From positions 1 to 24,694 of the forward strand of contig JBHGNT010000453.1 in the NCBI GenBank assembly GCA_043228905.1: DNA of 24,694 nt, given 5' to 3'. This document shows positions 20,141 through 24,694 of this stretch, one piece after another; the stretch's first letter is position 1; every line of letters starts with the position of its first letter. The notes below the pieces were generated by a model. The model saw nothing but the letters and a program-made list of their open reading frames with translations, had not been told where the DNA came from and did not search any database. The stretch comes from Azolla caroliniana. Lineage: Eukaryota; Plantae; Polypodiophyta. The position numbers and the translations under genes were made by a program.

Positions 20141-22206
20141 GTATTAGAGTGGCAAATTCCACGTTCGTTGCGAGATGTGCAATGTTTTTTAGGATTCGCA
20201 AATTTCTATCGCAAGTTTATATAGGACTACTCAAAGCTTATTTTGCCGCTCACACAACTTACAAAGAAGGGGCAATAATTTGTTTGGACAAAGGAAGCGG
20301 ACACGACTTTTGAGGGTCTCAAGAAAGCATTTACATCGGCTCCTATTCTAACTCATGTTGATCCGCAAAAACCATTCATCAATGAGGCAAGCGTGTTAGA
20401 TTTTGCCCTCGGTAGTATTTTGTCACATCAAGGGGACGATGAGAAGGCTTTTTTTAGAAGGATATCCTCATCAAGTCACTGTATTTAGTGATCACAAGAA
20501 TCTTGCCTACTTCCAGAATGCTTGCATATTAAATAGACGACAAGCTCGGTGGGCCCCGTTCCTCACTCGTTTCGACTTCAAGATTACATATCGTCCGGGC
20601 AAGCAATGGGGGAAGGTAGATGCATTATCACGACGCTCATATCTAGCTTGTCATCCTGGTGATCCGACCTTCGACAATCAAAAGCAAGTAATCCTGGGAC
20701 CGACACAACTTCAAGCAACATGGGTTTTTGACACTCAATTGGATTCCCGCATTATCGATACCATACACGAAGATTTGAAGTCAGATGTTTTCGCTCAAGC
20801 TATTGTAGATCAAATTGATCCCTCTTGGGCATCTTGTTCATGGTCACCACAACCAGGTACAGATTGTCGACAATTCCAATGTCACGATGGATTACTCTTA
20901 TTTAAGAAACTTTTGTATGTTCCCAATGGTTCATGTCGCCTTTGAATAGTACAAAATTGTCATGACACATACCCAACCAGACATTTTGGTAGTACTAAAA
21001 CGTTGGATTTAGTATAACGATCATTTTGGTGGCCTTATATGCGAAGATTTGTCGAAGACTATGTTCGGACATGTGATACATGTTGTAGAGCGAAGATGCC
21101 TAGGAATCATCCACATGGTTTGTTGGAGCCATTACCGATCCCAAGCAAACCGTGACAATCTATTCCTCTGGATTTTATCACAGATCTTCTAGATTCGAAG
21201 GGCTTTAATGCGATCTTAATAGTGGTAGATTGATATACTAAGATGGCACATTTTGTGCCCTGTACTAAAGAAATCATGGTCTTCCCGACAGGAATTGTTA
21301 TGCGTGAAGTATTTCGGCATCATGGTCTTCCCAATAGTATCATCAATGATCGTGGACCTCAATTCGTCTCTAAATTTTGGAAGCATCTCTTCAAAATGCT
21401 CAAGGTCACCTGCAATCTCTCCTTCGGCTACCATCCCCAAACAGATGCACAAGCAGAATGTACCAATCAAATGCTGGAATAGTATCTTCGGTGTTTCCTA
21501 AGCTATCAACAAGATGATTGGATAGATATTCTCCACTTTGTTGAATTTTCTTATAATAATTTTATCCACTCCTCTACTAGGGTTACACCATTCTATGCTT
21601 ATATAGGCTATCATCCTTGTTGGTGTGCAAAACTCCTGAGTTCCCCACAAATCCTAGTGCAGAGGATCATTTGGGGTGGCTACGACGAATTCAGGTAGAA
21701 CTATCTACCCACCTACATCACACCCAACAAACACTGAAGGATTATGCGGATCGTCATTAGCTTCCATCCTATTTTGGTATTGGAGATAGAGTATGGCTAT
21801 TATGACGACACATCAAGATTACTCGACCATGTGACAAACTGGATTATCGACGGTTAGGCCCTTTCCGTATTAACGAAAAAATTAGTGATGTCACTTTTTG
21901 CCTAGATCTACCTCTGCAACTACGGATACATCTGGTATTTCATATTCTCTTCTAGAACCCTATCAAGACAACACTATTCCCAATCGTATTATACCACCTC
22001 CACCCCCGATCGAATTTGAAGATGGACATGAGTACGAGGTTGCTGCCATCCTCGATTCCAAGATTGTTCACAACAAGCTCTACAATTTGGTCTATTGGCT
22101 AGGCTATAGTCTAAGCAAGCATACTTGGGAACCAATAGAGAATGTGGTCAATGCTCGAGCACTTCTTGAAAATTTCCATCGTCAATTTCCAGACAAACCA
22201 GGTCCT
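20141..22206 (+). mobile_element. Chromovirus pol 3' half pseudogene (unit 3 copy)
   Basis: Copy of 6237-8302 at +13904. Confidence 0.95.
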
Positions 22207-22615
22207 TGTGTGCACATCTTATCTTAATACACCCATTCTTCTCTAATAATCTCGTTCCTTTCTTCTTCTATTCTCTTTATATCCTTCTTCCATCACTCTA
22301 TCTTTTACACTATTCCGATAGTTTGATTTGAGTTTATTTGAGAATACTTGTATGTCTCTATTTAAAGGTTCCTATAGAATAGTCTAGATATTTTTGTAAT
22401 GTTCTAGAATGTTCTAGACCTATAATATTCTTGTCATGATATGGCATGGTATGGCTCCAAAAGGATTTCAACCCATGACCTCATGTTACATGGGTTGAAC
22501 CCCTACCATTAAACTATGCATTGTAATACAAAAAATATTATTTTCATTGTTAGTCTTAAGCTTCTTAGTTGTTCTTGTATCTTTCTTCATATAATATACT
22601 TCTTGGTGTCATCAT

Positions 22616-22646
<31 letters not shown>

Positions 22647-22923
22647 CTTCTCTCGTGAGTTCCACACACTCCCTTCCTCTTATTACTAATCCTCATAGTA
22701 CTTTCCTCCTCTATCTCTAGTACGAATTCCCTCTATGTCTTTAGTACTATTCTTGACAATTCTAAGATGTTCTAGGATATTCTAGAACATTCTAGAATGT
22801 TCTAGACTTTTACAATGATCAATATATATTATTAAAGGTAGCTTTTATTATTTTTATATGACAATAAGCTATCTTAATGGTTCAAGTCCAGGTGAAGCCA
22901 TGATGTTCATGTCATGTTTTAAC

Positions 22924-24694
22924 ATTTGTTTGATTACCAAATGGAGGAAAACTTTTTTATGATGAATGTAGAGGTTAAATGTAATAATTTCTCAAAAACA
23001 AAACCTAAAAACCTAAAAACCTAAAAGCAAAACCACCAATGAGTGTTTTTCTAGAACTAACACATATGTGGCTTTAATATTCTTAACTCGGTAGGAATAA
23101 AAGTTTTCAATTGCATTGGAAACAAAGCAAATGCTAAAACATTATGGAATAAACTTGAAACTTGATCATCTTTTAAGACATGTAATAATAAGTTGTGTTC
23201 GCTTAGGAAAACCACGTACTTGACTTACAAAGAGTTTAACTCCATTTCTGATCAATTGAATCAATTGTTTGGCATGCATGTTAAACTTGATGATAATATT
23301 CTTGCTCTTTGGTTGCTTAACATACTTCCTACTTTGTGGGAAATGTTTAGACTCATGTCAAGTTGACTAATGCTACTCACAATGGAACCATGCATCCAAT
23401 AGTAATAAAGAATAGACGGGGTGTAGATGATAGAGCTTATCATGTTAATGTAAAACTAAATCTAAAACCACAAATCCAGTAGTAATCATCAACAAATGGG
23501 TGAAGATGATAGAACTCATTGTGTTAATGCAACTTCTTTAAATGAGTGGCTTGTTTTTTATGATGAGAACATGATAAATTTTGCTTGCCAGGGAATTGAT
23601 TGGGTTGTTGACAATAATGGATAATTTCATATCAATGATAAAAAAGAGTTAGTTCTTCACATCCTATACTTGACACTTTGGAGTCATGAAGGTAAATGAT
23701 GGACAATCAAAGGTAGTAGATACCATAATTGTTTATTTGGAGTCCAACTCAAGAGCAAGTTGATCCGCAAGGAGTTGAAGTATGTACAAATATAAGGTAA
23801 CCTTTTATCTCCAAAGGTAAGTTAGATGATAATGTACATTTGCATATCTTTAATGAGGGTCAATGGAAGTACATTCAAAGTTCCTAGCTGGTGGCTCATG
23901 ATAAGAAATCTTCTATTTTTTGAAAGCCTCTACTTCAACAAATCTTGTAAATGTGATTGAAAGCACATGCATATAAAAATAATGAAATAAAAGGTTGTCT
24001 CACATTCGCATGAACTTTGCATCACAAATCTTTTGCAAGTGAGGCTTTGAATACCATTACATATGTTATTGGTATATTTCCTATTATTGCACTATACAGT
24101 GATGTTCCTACTATTTCATTGTAGTTTGGTATGGTAAGGATGTTTCTTATGGTCATTTACATGTGCTTGGTTGTAATTTTTTTGTGTAGGAACATAACGA
24201 TGAAAGGTCTAAGAAGAATTTGGTTGTAAACTTATATGTATTATGAGTCATGAAAAATAAGCTTATTAGGAGGCATAATGTAGGTTGAGGATCAAACCAT
24301 TTAAATTATTGACAAGGTCAAAGAAATTCCTACAACTGACAATGCTACAGATGGAGATGTTTCTCAACAAGAGTAAGAACATGAGGATGTTAGTGAGCCA
24401 TGATAGGTTAATGCTAATCACAATATTGTTTTATTACAAATACATGTTAACAAGGGGGAGTGAACATAATTACAAGAGGTGATTAATAAACAAGCTAGAA
24501 GGTCTACCACAAGAACAGACAACCATCCATGAAGTATTTTAGTTTTGATTGTATATTAATTATTGAAGATCTATAGACTTTTAATATTGTGCAAGGCCAG
24601 AAAGATAAAGATAGCTGGATAAAAGTTATGCATGATGAGATTAACTCTTTGAGAATGAATATAGCATCTTTGTGTTAGTTGACTTTTAATAATG
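22924..24694 (+). mobile_element. Decayed Copia remnant (unit 3 copy, cut by the window end)
   Basis: Copy of 9020-10790 at +13904. Confidence 0.8.

Larger units (their letters stand above)
18815..24694 (+). repeat. Tandem array unit 3 (runs off the window end)
   Basis: Exact-offset copy of unit 1. A full unit would end at 25766. Confidence 0.97.

Overview
Eukaryotic, AT-rich, retrotransposon-dense DNA, most likely land plant. A bryophyte such as a moss is my inference from the chromodomain-bearing Tcn1-like Gypsy and Tnt1-like Copia remnants. Bases 1-4910 are a nest of decayed retroelements: a LINE RT fragment, a Gypsy pol (PR-RT-RH), a partial Copia-type LTR, and the 3' LTR plus RT/RNase H of a minus-strand Copia. 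From 4911 to the window end there is a head-to-tail tandem array with a 6952-bp unit (4911-11862, 11863-18814, 18815->24694). The copies look identical in every stretch I compared, and all ORFs recur at exact 6952-bp offsets. Each unit carries a DNA-transposon-like end, two local duplications, a decayed chromovirus RH-INT-chromodomain, LTR-like pieces, a tRNA-derived segment and a decayed Copia gag-pol. The two complete units also carry the 3' part of an intronless, GC-rich exostosin (GT47) gene that looks EXT1-like. Each array junction fuses a Copia RT stub that supplies an ATG in frame to the truncated exostosin, creating a 301-aa chimeric ORF present twice. Many starts in the ORF track are TTG/GTG/CTG and are unlikely to be real in this genome.
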